64,000 bases of DNA. It comes from Gammaproteobacteria bacterium. Its GTDB lineage: Bacteria; Pseudomonadota; Gammaproteobacteria; UBA4575. A program made the position numbers and the translations under genes. Below, piece after piece: positions 63,808 to 64,000 of the stretch. The notes below the pieces were generated by a model, which was not told the origin of the DNA, did not search any database, and saw nothing but the letters and a program-made list of their open reading frames with translations. The stretch is from the NCBI GenBank assembly GCA_965221955.1, contig CBDCTA010000018.1:160001-224000 (forward strand). The letters are read 5' to 3'. Within the stretch, counting starts at the first letter, position 1, and every line of letters starts with the position of its first letter.

Positions 63808-64000
63808 CTAGTGGCTAGAATCATCATCGATATTCACGACACTCAGTCCGCCACCCAGGTTTGCATAATAAGCTGAAACATTCTTCATTTCTTCTTCACT
63901 TAATGCAGTCACGATGCCTGCCATAATGGCATTCTTGCGATCACCATTCTTATAAGCTTTTAATGAATGAAACATATAATCCGCATGCTGACCTGCTAAA
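63808..64000 (-). CDS. Cytochrome c (c4/c553-like), 5' part outside window
   Basis: Manual translation LAGQHADYMFHSLKAYKNGDRKNAIMAGIVTALSEEEMKNVSAYY; stop at 63808-63810. Confidence 0.85.
   Translation of the reverse strand, partial: LAGQHADYMFHSLKAYKNGDRKNAIMAGIVTALSEEEMKNVSAYYANLGGGLSVVNIDDDSSH

Overview
AT-rich gammaproteobacterial chromosome segment. Housekeeping blocks (nadC, mazG, pckG; ychF-pth-rplY-prs; tRNA-Gln-ispE-lolB; hemA-prfA-prmC; gatCAB; mreBCD; rnd; bolA) surround an accessory region of about 10-40 kb that ends at tRNA-Met. Best candidates for undescribed biology: (1) a ~2 kb integrase-less islet in the tRNA-Gln 3' end, bounded by a 14-bp direct repeat, encoding a HEPN-motif protein and a proteasome-beta/HslV-like Ntn-hydrolase (candidate anti-phage module); (2) an operon of a FadL-like channel, an OsmC/Ohr-family protein and a lipoyl-domain LpdA behind a FixLJ-like pair with repeated CGTA-N4-TACG boxes. 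Also present: an sNOR-type NO reductase cluster divergent from NsrR across a perfect 22-bp inverted repeat; a c-di-GMP-I riboswitch with an enlarged P3 upstream of a pilin-like secreted protein; RegB/RegA with a RegA box shared with a His/Met-rich barrel gene; DUF1538 plus a putative triple-PII protein; a dgkA pseudogene; a probable AUA start for mreC; and five +1 homopolymer frameshifts at 17-22 kb that are probably assembly errors. All family calls come from motif recognition by eye; no database searches were run.
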